Below are positions 24,960 to 37,130 of a DNA stretch of 64,000 nt, piece by piece. The stretch covers positions 930,001 to 994,000 of the forward strand of contig MU058718.1 of assembly GCA_013265495.1 (NCBI GenBank). The letters are read 5' to 3'. The notes below the pieces were generated by a model. That model saw nothing but the letters and a program-made list of their open reading frames with translations. It had not been told where the DNA came from and did no database searches. The stretch's first letter is position 1; each line of letters opens with the position of its first letter. The translations under genes were made by a program, and so were the position numbers. Source of the stretch: Vicugna vicugna (taxonomy: Eukaryota).

Positions 24960-25190
24960 AGAAGTGGTTAAAAGCACAGGCCTTTGTGAGAGATGAGACA
25001 GACAAGCTTCAGATACCAGCTCTGGTACTTATGTTTTCCATGTGCCTTTTGCAAATCCCTTGAGACTCAATCTCCCTTCTGTGAAGTAAGGATTATACCC
25101 CTTCCTCATAGAGTAGCTGTGCAGGCCGTGTGAGAATGTGTTATGCACATTCCTGGCAGGGAAGGTACTTACTAAATGGTAAGTATTACC
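24960..25190 (+). mobile_element. MIR SINE
   Basis: GTGGTTAAAAGCACAGGCCTTTG...CCAGCTCTG..ACTTA...CTTCCTCATAGAGTAGCTGTG...TAAATGGTAAGTATTA. Confidence 0.7.
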
Positions 25191-25409
25191 ATTATCTAGA
25201 GGCTAAACATCTCTGAGCATTTTAATATGTAGGAAATTTTGTGTTTGGAAACTAGAGAAACCCCTCAAAGTCAGGCAGGTTCCACAACACCTGGATGCTA
25301 AGTGGAGTGTGAGGGTGCCGTTAATGCTCTTCAAACTCCCTAAATAATAAGTCAGATATTCCATATTCTCTCTGGAGAAGCTATGCCTTTCCTCTGAGGA
25401 ACATTGGGC

Positions 25410-26100
25410 AATTCATTCATTCATTATTTATTTATTTAGCTCCTACTGTGTGCCAGGCATTGCTTAGATGCTGGGTGTTTTTTTTTTGTTGTTGTTGTTT
25501 TGGGTATATATATATATATATTTACTGAAGTATAGTCAGGTTACAATGTTGTGTCAATTTCTAGTGTACAGCATAATGCTTCAGTCATACATGACCATAC
25601 ATATATTCGTTTTCATATTCTTTTTCACCATCAGTTAACTATAAGATATTAAATATAGCTTCCTGTGCTATACAGTATGAACTTTTTGTTTATCTATTTA
25701 ATATATATATTACTTAGTATCTGCAAATCTCAAACTCCCGAATGCTGGGTATTTGAGAGTGCAAAAATGTAGGTGAAATTCCCCCTTCGTAGAACACACG
25801 TTCTAGAGGGCGGAGAGGGCTAACAGTGAATAAATAAACTTAGAAGGTTGCTTGATTATCATACGTACTCTTGAGAAAAGTATCTGGGGGCTGTAATGGA
25901 GGGTACCTGGGTGGAGGTGAAGGACTGATTGGGGTGGGGAGGTCAGGGAAGTGTCTCTGAGCAAGTGATTACTGAAGTAAGAAAGGAAAGATGAGGAGAC
26001 AGGGTCAAGTCTCCCAGGTAGAGTGAACAGCAAGTGCAAGCACCTGTGGGCAGGCAGGCAGGTGATGTGCTCAAGAGAGAAGGCCACCACCTCAGGGACG
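25410..26100 (-). mobile_element. L2 LINE 3' region (interrupted by an L1 fragment)
   Basis: ATTCATTCATTCA..CCTACTGTGTGCCAGGCATTG; GGTCAGGGAAG..TCTCTGAG.AAGTGA; CCAGGTAGAGTGAACAGCAAGTGCAA. Confidence 0.85.
25481..25741 (-). mobile_element. 5'-truncated young L1 3' end
   Basis: T/TA-rich tail + CTGAAGTATAGTCAGGTTACAATG...GTATCTGCAAATCTCAAACTCCC; TSD ATGCTGGGT(G/A)TTT at 25468-25480 and 25742-25754. Confidence 0.9.
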
Positions 26101-26489
26101 TGGTGAGGGAAGGGGACAGTGGTGCAGCCCGAGGTCCTGGGGGAACCCAGGGACAGGGGGCAAAGGATGAGGAAGGGGAAGGTGGGGGGCGGGTCACTGC
26201 AGGAAATAGTTCCATGATCAGACTCCACCACAGTCCCCCAAAGCGGAGGCTTCAATTGCAGGCAGATTCCTTGCTCTTCAGACGCCCAACAGAGAGAAGA
26301 CCAGGAGACTAACACAAAGGGGATTTGCCAGGAACAGGAACACTGGAATTTTGGTGGTAATTTTACTTTGGAAAACAAACGAAAAGAGATCCTCATTTTA
26401 TCAGTCTTCTTGGTGGGCCCAGGTGAATGGAGCCACTAGAAAGCTTCTGAAACGTCTAGATCAATTTCTCCTCAAGAAGTTTCTAAAAT

Positions 26490-26640
26490 TTTATATATAT
26501 GTATATATATATAAATATGTGTGTATATTATATATATATATGTACACACATACATACATATATAATTTAATATATAAATATATAACAAGTATATATATGT
26601 GTGTGTATAATATATATACTATCTACCTATCTATTATATA
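26490..26640. repeat. Degenerate (TA)n / (TG)n low-complexity tract
   Basis: About 150 bp of alternating TA with TG/CA interruptions. Confidence 0.9.
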
Positions 26641-29049
26641 CGTAGTCTTATATTTCTGTTAAAAGCTTGAAGTCAACCATTTATATTCTGTAGCAATTTT
26701 GATAGTTTGGAAAATAGGAACATGTTTTATAAAATACACTGCTTCCTGGAAATAGATGTGTAGGCAGTATTTCAGCCTTAATTTCCCTAGACTTTCCTTG
26801 CCCATACAGGACTCCATGAGTCCTGTATGTTTTCTGGCCAGGTGATGTGACCACAGAGCACACAGCTCTTTAACTCTGTTGGGGAAGCATATGTGCTAAA
26901 GAGGCCAAGGTCATGGGGTCAAACACCAGTGGTTGGTTGTCCTTGTTTTGTTACAAGGCCAAGAACTCATTTAGACTGTTTAGGCACATGTGCCTTTGGC
27001 CATGAGGAGCCCAGGTGACAGCGTGTCAATGGACAAGGCAGATGGATTGCGGCTACAGGCTTGTGGGAGAGCAGGGAATTGCCTCACTGTCGCCCCCATA
27101 GAGAGACTTTGAGCTGAGTCTCCTCCCTTATCAGTAAAATCCTCTAGTATTTGAGAAATCAGATGGAAAGAGATATTCTGGGAAGTGTTGCTCTTCATGG
27201 AGGCTCACTCACTGGGCAAGTTAGTTTTCCCCGTATCTGCTACGATACTCTTGTCTGTCCACTGATGCCTTGACTCTATTCAACAACTTTGATTACATTT
27301 TAACATAAATCTTAGCACATTATAAAACCTTCTTCAAGTTATACACTGTTGAGGGCAGGGAACTAATTTGATTTTCTTTTTTTTTTCATAGAAAGCAGAA
27401 AAATAATTTATTCCAAAAGAGAGCAGAAATAAGAAATTCATCCTGAAAATACACTTTGGCATGTCTGTTGGATCAGAGCTTCCCTCTGAAAATGTTCCCC
27501 TGTGGACTGCTCTGCTGGAGTCTTCATTTGTCTTATAGCAGTTTTTAAACACTTGACTGATTCCCATGTTGTGAGCAAGCAGAAGCCACCTTCAAAACCA
27601 TAGATTCTAAGGAGAGTAACATATTTCTCAGAGGAATAACACTTTCCATCTCAGAAGAGTATATAAATATTTTCTGATGTCAGCACAGTTTAGGTTAAGT
27701 AGGTACATGATTTATCAAAGTGTAAAAAAATGATAGGAAAAAATACTGCATTGTAGAATCAGATATTCAAATATGGTGTGAGTGTTTAAAGCAGCTGATG
27801 GCCAGAATAGTTGAGTCAAAGAAGGTGGTCTGGATTTGGGGGTGATTTTTCATCTGGAGGAATTCTCTGCATGACCTCAATGACTGAGCACTGGAGAGTG
27901 AGTCTTCTCGCTCAAGGACAATGATACTTAAATGCCAGATGGTTTCATTTTTTCAACTGTGGTCCAAAGGTAGGGTTGACTTAAGTCAGAATTGCAGTCA
28001 GTCAAATGAGATAGCAGCAAAGAGAACAGGTCACCACCATAGTGCTGATCATTCCTTAGGGATGAACCAGGGCACCAAGAAACTTATGAAGCCCCAAAAC
28101 GCACTCATCAAGATGAGGTGCCCCATGAGGCTGTTATCTGTTGTGGTTGCTGCTGAAACTTTCAGCCCTTGGCCCTGTCGCCCCACTTTGGCCTCACCTG
28201 GTTGATTTCCTTGACAGACAGAGGGAAAACATTTTTTTCTTTTTGCTAACTTGGTTTCCCCTGCCCCTCTACCACTTTGGCTTTGTATCGGCTCAGAGAC
28301 TTCTTTCCCACAAGGTGGACCAGTGGTGCTGATCAATCTTGGCCAAGGATGCCAAGTTCTGTCCTGAGACAGGCAGGCCATTCTGGGTGAGTTTGCTGAG
28401 AGGTGTGGCATCTGTGCATCTGAAGGCTGTTAGACCCTGAATTTTCATGGTAAACTACTCAAGAGGGCTGGCAAAGTAGTCATTGAACCCAGGGTCTAAG
28501 ACGGTTGCATGTTACCTTAATAGAACAAAAGGCTTCCCCACCGCCCCTCTAAAGGACTAGTGCAAATCATTGTGCTAAGAGGAGGAGGAGGAGGCAAATA
28601 CTCCTGCTGGGGGACAGACGTCAATAAATCATGCCAGGCTTCTTTAAAATGTTGTACTTGAAAACAAAGAAAACAAATGTAAAAGGTCACAAGACTAGGA
28701 GGGAAGGTACATGGAATGGGTGGACCTGTTTTTAGGTCCCCATTCCTGCCCTTTATGATCCATGGTCTCCCTTATGATCCTTGCTCTCCTTCATGAAATA
28801 CTGATTCTCTCCTGACTTAATTGACAGAAATGCAAGAATAAGGGGAAAGTGTTTGAAAAATAATGTACATGGAGATAGGCAATGTAAACATAGTAATGAA
28901 TAGAACAAACATTGCTTAGGTCATGTAAAAGTTTGGGTAGAGAAGACTGGGGAAGATGCTATAGAAGAGACATTTGATGGAAATTCAAAGTGCTGGGCTC
29001 AGAGGGAAGTTACTGACATTTTTGCTTCAGGTTGGCAGGTGATGTGCTG

Positions 29050-29270
29050 GCTCTGAGGTCAGATGCGCTCATTCAAACCCCAGTATTGCCAATTGCTTCC
29101 TTGTGACCTTGGGGAAGACAGTTAACCTCTTGAGGACCACGTACCTCATCTGATAAATGGTACCTACTTCATAGGACTCTTGTGAGAACTCAAGGAAATA
29201 ATGTAAAGCTTGTCAAGTGCTTAGCTCTTTGCCTGGCAATGTGAGCTCTCAAGAAATGGTAGTTATCGAT
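29050..29270 (+). mobile_element. MIR SINE
   Basis: GGCTCTGAGGTCAGA..TTCAAACCCCAG..TGTGACCTTGGG..GTTAACCTCT..CCTCATCTGATAAATGG.ACCTACTTCATAGG. Confidence 0.8.
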
Positions 29271-31349
29271 ATGAAGTCATGCTGTGGGAGGAAATATACA
29301 AACAGCTTGGCAAGGAGTCTATTTTTCCCGTAGGCTGTAAATGTAAAGTCGACACACCCCGTTGTCTATATTCTGGCTTAAACTGTAACTGTCATTGTGT
29401 TACAAGACACTGTTTCCCCCCTCCTTTCCCTCATTTTCTGCTCTGGGATGCTGATCTATTTTGCTTTCTCTTATCTGGATCCTAAATTAGAGTGGTTTAG
29501 TATGCCTCAGTGATCTTTGTTGATCATTTTCCATACTAACTACTGAAAAGCTCAAATTGATCCAAATATATGTTTATATATCTTACAAAAGAGGAAGATG
29601 TAAGACTTTATTTTCTAAGATTGTATTATATACTGATGTCCATGAAGGCATGTGTGAGTAAACCTAACGTTGTTAATGGGCAATCTAGATGGCTCTGTTC
29701 CAGTTGAGTTTCGTGGACTATTTCAGCAATTCAGCTCTGCATACCCTCTCCTCCAATTTCATGGATTAAGAATTTCAGTATCAAAGAAACAGTCATAGGA
29801 GCGTGATGCAGGAATCAGTGGGATTGATTTTTTAAATGAATATCCTCAAGGGTTTAAAAACAATTGGTCCCAAATGTACATCATCTTGGATTTAACTTTT
29901 TTTTTGTTTTTTTGTACTTTTTGATCCATAGTTTGAGATCATTGTTTGTGAAGTACTTTTGAATTCTTTAGGATGAACAGTGAGAGAAGCATATTCGTTT
30001 TTATTATACTTCCTAAGCTGCAAAGTTAATTATTAAAAGTGGATGGACTTGCTTATGTAGCTTTCCAGTAACTCTTGCAAACTGAGTTGGAGTGGAAGGA
30101 GAGTTGATTTTGGAAGATCCAAAAAAGTCCAGCTGTAAACCTAGTCTTCCCCTCATAGTTTGTGTGTTTAAGACCGACAAAAATGTGCAAAGTGTTCTTG
30201 GGACTATCTGGGCATTTTTGATTTTTAATTCAGAGAGCAAACTTTTGAATTCTACACCAAATCTCCGTGGTTCTCAAAAGGAAAAGCATAGCAAAAGGCC
30301 CTGCTCCTCTATGGACCAAATAAATCCCGAAGGAAAATATTGTATTGTTCTGTTTATTCCTGTGTCAGGAGTTTATTGATCGAGTGAGCTCTCCTGTAGC
30401 TAGGGCAGCCTTTGATCTGCCAGGGAGAAATTGGATTTGGGATTTTGGCAGAAGGGAGGGGAGGAGGTTGGGGAAGGATTTGGAATGTAATGGTCTTGTT
30501 ATCTGTAGTGGCCAGAGACACCCTGACACGGGCCAGCTCGGAGCTGTTGCAGGGAGGACTGGAGGCCGGGATGGCCGGTGGGAGCTGAAGGCAGGGCTTT
30601 GGTATTTTCCACAAGAGAAGCACTTAGTTAAAGCCGCTGGAGTGATTTCTTGCTGCTAATAGATTTGTTTCTTTAGAGGCAGATAAGTAAAGGAAACGAT
30701 GACTTTTAAGTGAATAGTTCCCCTGTGCAGGGCTGGTTAGTGTCAGCCAGTCCGGTGGCAGGAAATACCGATGGTTTTTTTTTTTGTAGCCCAGTGACAA
30801 AAGGCTTTGCTGTCTCCCCTCCCCCCCTCCCCACCTTCCCACCCTCGCTCCTTCTCCCCTACAAAACCAAGACACGGGCCCCTCTGCCTGCTGGTGGAGG
30901 GCCAAGGCTTGTCTGAAAGCCGTTTAAGTAATTGCTCATAATTGCACATGTTTCCCCGACTGGGCTTTTACCTCTCCACCCCTGAAATTAAAAGGGGCCA
31001 AAGATGTGTGACCTTTTTCTAATGGGATGGGTTCTGGAACAAAGGAATTCAAGGAGGAGGCCCAGGCCCTTTATCAGGGCTCATCTCTGACAGCTGGCCC
31101 AGGCCTGGGGGAGCGGCTGGGTTGTCCTTTTCCACGCTGGAGGGGAGCAGGGGTGGGAGAGAATTCCTCCTCCCCAAACCTCACAGTTTTGTGTGGTATG
31201 TCTTGAAATTCTCACTTCTCTTTCTTCCAACACTCTGCCTGAACATAAAACCTTTGCTGGATGCCGAATATCACTTAATCCTGAAAAAGACGTGACCAAT
31301 GACACCCCATACAGCTCAGGAGGTCTGCCTGTCCCAGGATACCTCCTTA

Positions 31350-31500
31350 TCCCTTAGGTGACTCCATGTGTTTGAGTCCCAGGTTCCTCATCGGAAAAAC
31401 AGGGATGATGGGATAATGCCACCTGTTGGAGGGGTTGGAGATAATGTATGTAAATACACAGTGCTTGGCACCAAGGAGCCCAATAAATGGTCATTATTTT
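31350..31500 (+). mobile_element. MIR SINE fragment
   Basis: CCAGGTTCCTCATCGGAAAAACAGGGATG...GATAATGTATGTAAA..CACAGTGCTTGGCAC..CAATAAATGG. Confidence 0.7.
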
Positions 31501-31609
31501 CTAAATATACTTTTCTGATGCCATTTCACTCCATTTCCTTTTATCTCTCTGAGCTGGGGAGAGACAAATTCTAGGCCTCGAATTTTATGACCCAAATTAA
31601 GTTAAAATC

Positions 31610-31850
31610 TATAGAATTAAAAATACAGAAAGGAACTTTAGAATCATCTAGTCTATATTAGCACCACCTGGGGAGTTTCTCAAACTATTGCTGCTCAAGC
31701 TGCACGTCTAGAGTTTCTGATTTATTTGGCTGGGGGTAGGATCCAGGTATTAGTGACTTTGTAGACCGGTTCAGCGTTATTCCAGTGTTGAGAACCACTC
31801 ATCTTGCTGAGCCACTTCATTTCACAGATGAGAAACCTGAGGCCAATAGA
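31610..31850. mobile_element. MIR3-like SINE interrupted by MER5A (~31655-31800)
   Basis: GGAACTTTAGAATCATCTAGTC; CACCTGGGGAG..AGAGTTTCTGATTTATTTGG..GTTGAGAACCACT; TTTCACAGATGAGAAACCTGAGGCC. Confidence 0.7.
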
Positions 31851-33659
31851 GATCTTTTTAATTTAACCAGAAATATATTGAGCATTTACTGTGTGTCAGG
31901 CAATATTGTATCATTGATGTTAATGGATGGGTCTTTTCGTAGGAGAGCACCAGAACCAGACCTGAGACCTGGCCAGGGATACTTTTCATCTATCAGCTAC
32001 TAGCTAGTTGCTCTAAGTTGCTTCTTTGTATCAGTAAAAGTCACACGTGGGGCAAGGAGAAATTGGTCATTTGAGATGAGTGGCTGGTGGGGATTTAGGC
32101 TTCCAGTCCAGATGGTGTCTTCTCCATGCTGAGATTCCTGTGATCATTTCCAAATCCAAGCATCACAGAATATTCTGCACCTGAAGACTCTGTATGTCCT
32201 GAGCCATTTTCCCGATGCTGTCCTCTTGCCCTTGGGTTTGCCTCACACATTTGGGCACAGCTCATGAGCTACAACCAGATTCTGGGCCTAGAAATCCTGC
32301 TGACACAAACAAAATGGAGACAACGTGAAAATTCTGTGCCTCGGTTTATGCTATTATAGTTAATGATCTGTCAGTGTTTCCATTATAAAGCCCTATTTTC
32401 GGGGATGTATAACCCAGTCATAAACGTTCTCTCCAGGCTGAGCTTTGGCACTGTGATTTCAGCCTGAGAGCACATGTGTATGTTGGTGTGTGCATGTGTT
32501 TTTACAAGGATATGAGGGAAAAAATAAGTTAGCCATTTTTAAGCAAAGGATGGTGAGAAACAGGGGGGGGAAAGGTGGTAATTGATTGCAGATGCTCTTT
32601 TGATGCTGCCAGGACTTGAAAACTGCTGAGTTGCTTTGCCCCCCCAATTGGGGATAGGAAGGATTGAGATGCTATTCTGTGCCTTAATTCTGTGCAAGAA
32701 ATGTTAATTGACAACGTAAAAATCCACATATGAAGGGGAAAATATGGACCTGGGTAGCTTCTACAAGGATAGGACTTAACTCAAGTCCAAAGGCTACAGG
32801 GGCCAGAAGCCAAAGAATCAGTACCAAATGCTCCAGGGACAAGTTCCTTTCACCTGGGCCTGGCTGTTTCTCTCCATCACCCCTTCTTGCTCTATCTCTG
32901 CTTAATAGGGGATGGAGAAGATGCAGCAGGGATTTCCAAGAACCTGCTTCATCTAGCTTTTGACAGTAGCCAGAATTGTCATGGTGTGCAGTTGATGGAT
33001 GGATATGTCCATTTTCCCTTTGCATACAAAATTCCAGAAGATGTCTGATAATTTGGATTTAATGAGATTGTGTCCAAACACTCATGAAAGGCACCAGGCT
33101 GATCGATGTTGGTTAGAATCCCGGAATCAATCCATAACCCTCAAAAAGTTGTGAAACCTGAAGTGGCCTTTGTGCGTGGAAACAAAACAAAGCAAACAAG
33201 CACAAACTCATTTGGAGACGGGCTGCTCCCACAGGTTTTCCAGAGAGATGCTGTTGCTTAAAAAAACCTAATGACTAATCTTGAGCAATAAGGAGATCTG
33301 CAGAAAAGAAGCCAGGGCCGGTAAAGTCAGAATCTGTTTTGTCCAAAGATGTGCTGATCCCAATAAAGTGCACAAGGTGCACCTCTCAAATGAGAAGCTT
33401 CGCACCTGGCTGATGAGCACAATGACCGGGATTACCTTCATCCTCACAGCTTCAGATCCTGGCCAGGTGGGGACACAGTTGTTCCTATATCTGTTTTCCC
33501 TCATCGCTATTCAACACCTGTCTGCAGCGGACTGCACCATGGATGTGTGTGTGTATATAATGTATATATGCGTGTGGGTTGTTGTTAAAAGCTGGTTTGG
33601 AGACTGCATTCCTCAGGAAGCGCTCATCTCACCCACCTTTCTTGCTCGCTGCATGTTAG

Positions 33660-34385
33660 CCACTCGGATCATCTTTGTTCCTTGAGCACATCAAATTCCT
33701 TCCTTCTTTAAGGCCTTTGCACCGCTCCTCCTTGTGTCTGGAATGTTCTTCCTTCCTCTTTGCGTGGCTGGTTCTTTATCCTCTTGCTAGTCTAGACTCT
33801 TTCCCCGGCAAAGCCCCTTTCCTTGCCCTGTCACTCTATTCCTGGAGTCTGTAGACTTCGCCATGAGGTCAGATCTGGCCATCAACCTGCTTTTGTGTAG
33901 TCTGAGAGCTAAGAATGATTTTTACATTTTTCAATGGTTGAAGAAAAGCCAAAGAAGAATGATATTTTGCAACAGAAAAATTACATGAAATTTGAATTTC
34001 AGTGTCCGTAAATCAAGTTTTATTTGACACAGCCATGCTTATCATTTATATGTTGTTCGTGGCTGCCTTCAGCCCACAATGGCAGAGCTGAGTATTGCAA
34101 TAGAGAGTATTTAGCTCACAAAATGGAAAGTATTTTCTCTCTGGCCCTTCTGGAAAAAATTTCCTGACCTCTGCTCTAGTCAAACGATATACTTTAGTTT
34201 CTCTATATTGCATTTGCCATTGCTTATAAATGATCTTATTATCTATTTGCTTGTATATTTGTCTCTGTCCTCCTGCTAGCAGCTCTGGTGGGCAGACCTT
34301 TTCTGCCTTGTTCACTGCTGCATGGTTCAAGACATAAAGTGGACACAAAATATATGTGCTGTATGAGCTAATAAATGAATTGCAC
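33660..34385 (+). mobile_element. L2 LINE 3' region split by MER58
   Basis: TTCCTTGAGCACATCAA..GGCCTTTGCAC..CTGGAATGTTCTTCC; resumes GGGCAGACCTTTTCTGCCTTGTTCACTGCTG. Confidence 0.7.
33842..34173. mobile_element. MER58B-like hAT DNA transposon
   Basis: GAGCTAAGAATGATTTTTACATTTTT..AAATTTGAATTTCAGTGTCCGTAAAT..GGCAGAGCTGAGTA..CTGGCCCTT..TGACCTCTG; 8-bp hAT TSD CTCTATTC (33834-41) / CTCTAGTC (34174-81). Confidence 0.9.
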
Positions 34386-36222
34386 AGTTCCTGGGCCAAA
34401 TGATTGGCTCTGAAGCTTAAATTGGCTCATCTACCCATTCATTCGTTCATTCAGTAACTGTTTATTTAGTGACTAGTATGTGGCAGGCATTCGTGCCCTT
34501 GGTTTATCCATTCATTTGCTTTTGTGAGTGTTGACCTATCAAGACTGCTGCCTTCCCTGAGCTGCTGCAGCATTGGCTCCAGTGGGCTTGGCCGACTTTC
34601 CAAGCCATCGGACGGTTCTGGCTCTCTTTGTCTGATGAGGCAGTCTCCCATTTTGTTGCCTCCTTCCCAGATAGCAGCACTGAGGTTGTGCAGCTCAGCC
34701 CTCTAAGTTGCTTCTTGTGGTGACCCAGCCATTCTCCCTTAGGAAGAGGCATCTGTCCTCCTTTTGCTCATTCAGGCACAACCTTTGCTTCTGCTTATGT
34801 CCCAGAAACCCTCCTCTCCCCATGTTCCCATTCATCCGGGCTTGTCCCTGCAGCCTCCCACTCACACCTGCAAATCTCGTTCACATGGCATCGGATTCAT
34901 CATTACTGGCCTGAAAGCCTTCTGCTGAACTGAAGCAGCAGACTCCAAGACAGAGGAGGATAAGAGTCTGGTGGCGCACACCCTTCCCCTCCCTCCTCCT
35001 CCTCCTTCCTGCTTGCTTGGCAGATGAGTTTCTGTGAAGGAGTCTCTGTGTGCTTTCCCGGAGTGGAGGCTTAGTTTTCTGATGGTGCTTTTAGAGTAGG
35101 AGAATGTAACAGTGCCCTTCTTTAGGTTATGTATCTCAATTCCTGGTGATGATAGGAAAATTATTACCCACCATGAGTTTATGTAACAATTGTTAATGCT
35201 GAGAGAGATGTTCAAAGGTCACAGGTTTGGACACAAAAGAAAAGGCACAATTCATCTTTAAAGAAGATTGTCTCTTTTCCTCATGTGTTAGGATAAAATG
35301 CCCATTTTTATATTTACCTGGTTAGCAGTTGTAGTGACCGGATGATCTGGATTTGCAGGCTAGCTCTGGTTTAAAATGTACTTTCCCACTGTAAAATCAC
35401 AAACACCAAGATCAAGTTGGTGAGTCTGGTCCATCCATCTGTGAGATTTTAATAGCGAGTTGGTCTGTTGCGACACCCTTTTCAACACTTGGTGGGTTGT
35501 CAAATTTTCCTTTGGACAGTAAGGAGCAGGCAGGGTTCAGCCAGGGTGAGGGATGGCCAGTGAAGTTGAGGACCGCTGTTGGACAGTGCTGATAAGGTGA
35601 AACTGACCAGGCATAGCTCACTGATTTACCTGATTAAGAAGCGGGGGCCACCTCTCATGTGTCCAGACTATCTCCCTTCTTGGTTCTTTCTTTAAATATG
35701 AGTCTGCCCGTGTTCCTGCAGAGCCTCCAAGAACACCAGAGTAGAAAGTTCAAATAAAGGGTAATGCCATTATGTTGGCCACCTGGCAACCTTAAGCACT
35801 GAGAAAAGCTCCAGGCCCATGTGGGTGCTTCATAAACGTCATTTAACGTTTAATGGAGGGAAGAGACTAGTAAATGTGCTCTTGGTTGGCAAGAGGATAG
35901 GGAATCTGATCCCTTCCTTCTGACATTGAAGCCTTGCTTTTTCCACACACAAAAACACACAGCCAGGGAGAATAGATGAAACACATATAGGAGATTCAGG
36001 AAAGCAATTCATAAGGCAAAAAATAATTCCTGTTTTTGTTGTTAGGTGGGCATTCAAAATACCAACCCCACAGTGCGGAGGTGGATACATCCTGACATGA
36101 CATACATGGACTGAAAACTACACTGGCCAGTCAGGTTTGGACTACCATTAAATAAGAGATGGACTGGCCCTGCTCCTCTTCCCTACCCCCATCCCTTGTT
36201 CTGAAGACTCCAGGTCTCCTTA

Positions 36223-36388
36223 GAGCAGAGCCTTTCGGAATTTTAAGAACCTGTGTATCACTTGTGGGTCTCGTAAGATATGCATGTGGATTCTCTGTGT
36301 CTCCGGTGGGGCTGAGAGCCTATGCATTGAGCCAGCCTCTGGCTAATGCCCATGCTTCTGGCCCACAGTCCACGCTTGAGTCCTGTGG
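36223..36388. mobile_element. MER5-type hAT element, degraded
   Basis: ATCACTTGTGGGTCTCGTAA..GATTCT..GGTGGGGCTGAGA..TGCATT..ATGCTTCTGGCCCACAGTCCACGCTTGAG. Confidence 0.6.
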
Positions 36389-36407
36389 TCTTAGAGAACA
36401 AGTTCTT

Positions 36408-36667
36408 TTTTTTTTTTTTTTAACATTTTTTATTGATTTATAATCATTTTCAATGTTGTGTCAAATTCCAGTGTTCAGCACAATTTTTCAGTCATTCATG
36501 GACATATACACACTCATTGTCACATTTTTTTCTCTGTGAGTTATCATAACATTTTGTGTATATTTTCCTGTGCTACACAGTGTAATCTTGTTTATCTATT
36601 CTACAATTTTGAAATCCCAGTCTATCCCTTCTCACCCTCCACCCCCCTGGCAACCACAAGTCTGTAT
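36408..36667 (-). mobile_element. Young camelid-type L1 3' end, 5'-truncated
   Basis: Pure poly-T, AACATTTTTTATTGATTTATAATC...CCCCCCTGGCAACCACAAGTCTGTA; exact 19-bp TSD TCTTAGAGAACAAGTTCTT at 36389-36407 and 36668-36686. Confidence 0.92.
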
Positions 36668-36934
36668 TCTTAGAGAACAAGTTCTTGAATCTAAATTGCT
36701 TGCTTCCTCTTGGCCTGAGGTCTGACTCAATCCTTGGGACAGAACTCTGAAGTGGGAGACATTTTTCTCGGGCTGGAGGGTTGCGGAAGTGTGTGGCTTA
36801 GGGTCCTCACCCTCCTGCTTTTGGAGCCCCTCCTCAGCCAGGTGTCCTCCTCAGCTCCCAGAGAGATGGAGGTGCTCTCCTGCCTTCCCTGCCACTGCTC
36901 CACACTCTGTCCCCATCAGGGTCCCAGGTCCTAG

Positions 36935-37130
36935 GCTGACAGTGGGTGTGGTGAGCCCCAGGAGAGGGCTCTGCCACTGTACCGTGGCTCTGAAACCTGG
37001 GCAGATTACTAGCAGGAAGCCTGCCTCCTCACCTGTGAAATAGAAAGACTAGTGCCTACGTCATAGGGTTTTTAGGATTCAAGAGTTATTTCCTGTGAGG
37101 CGCTTAATATGGTGCCCAGCGCAGAGTCAG
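36935..37130 (+). mobile_element. MIR SINE
   Basis: CCTGGGCAGATTACT..CCTCCTCACCTGTGAAATAG..TAGTGCCTACGTCATAGGGTT..GCGCTTAATATGGTGCCCAGC. Confidence 0.7.

Noticed and set aside
25803..26396. 197-aa minus-strand ORF
   Set aside because: Much of it overlaps a decayed L2 and purine-rich low-complexity DNA, and it has no recognisable domain.
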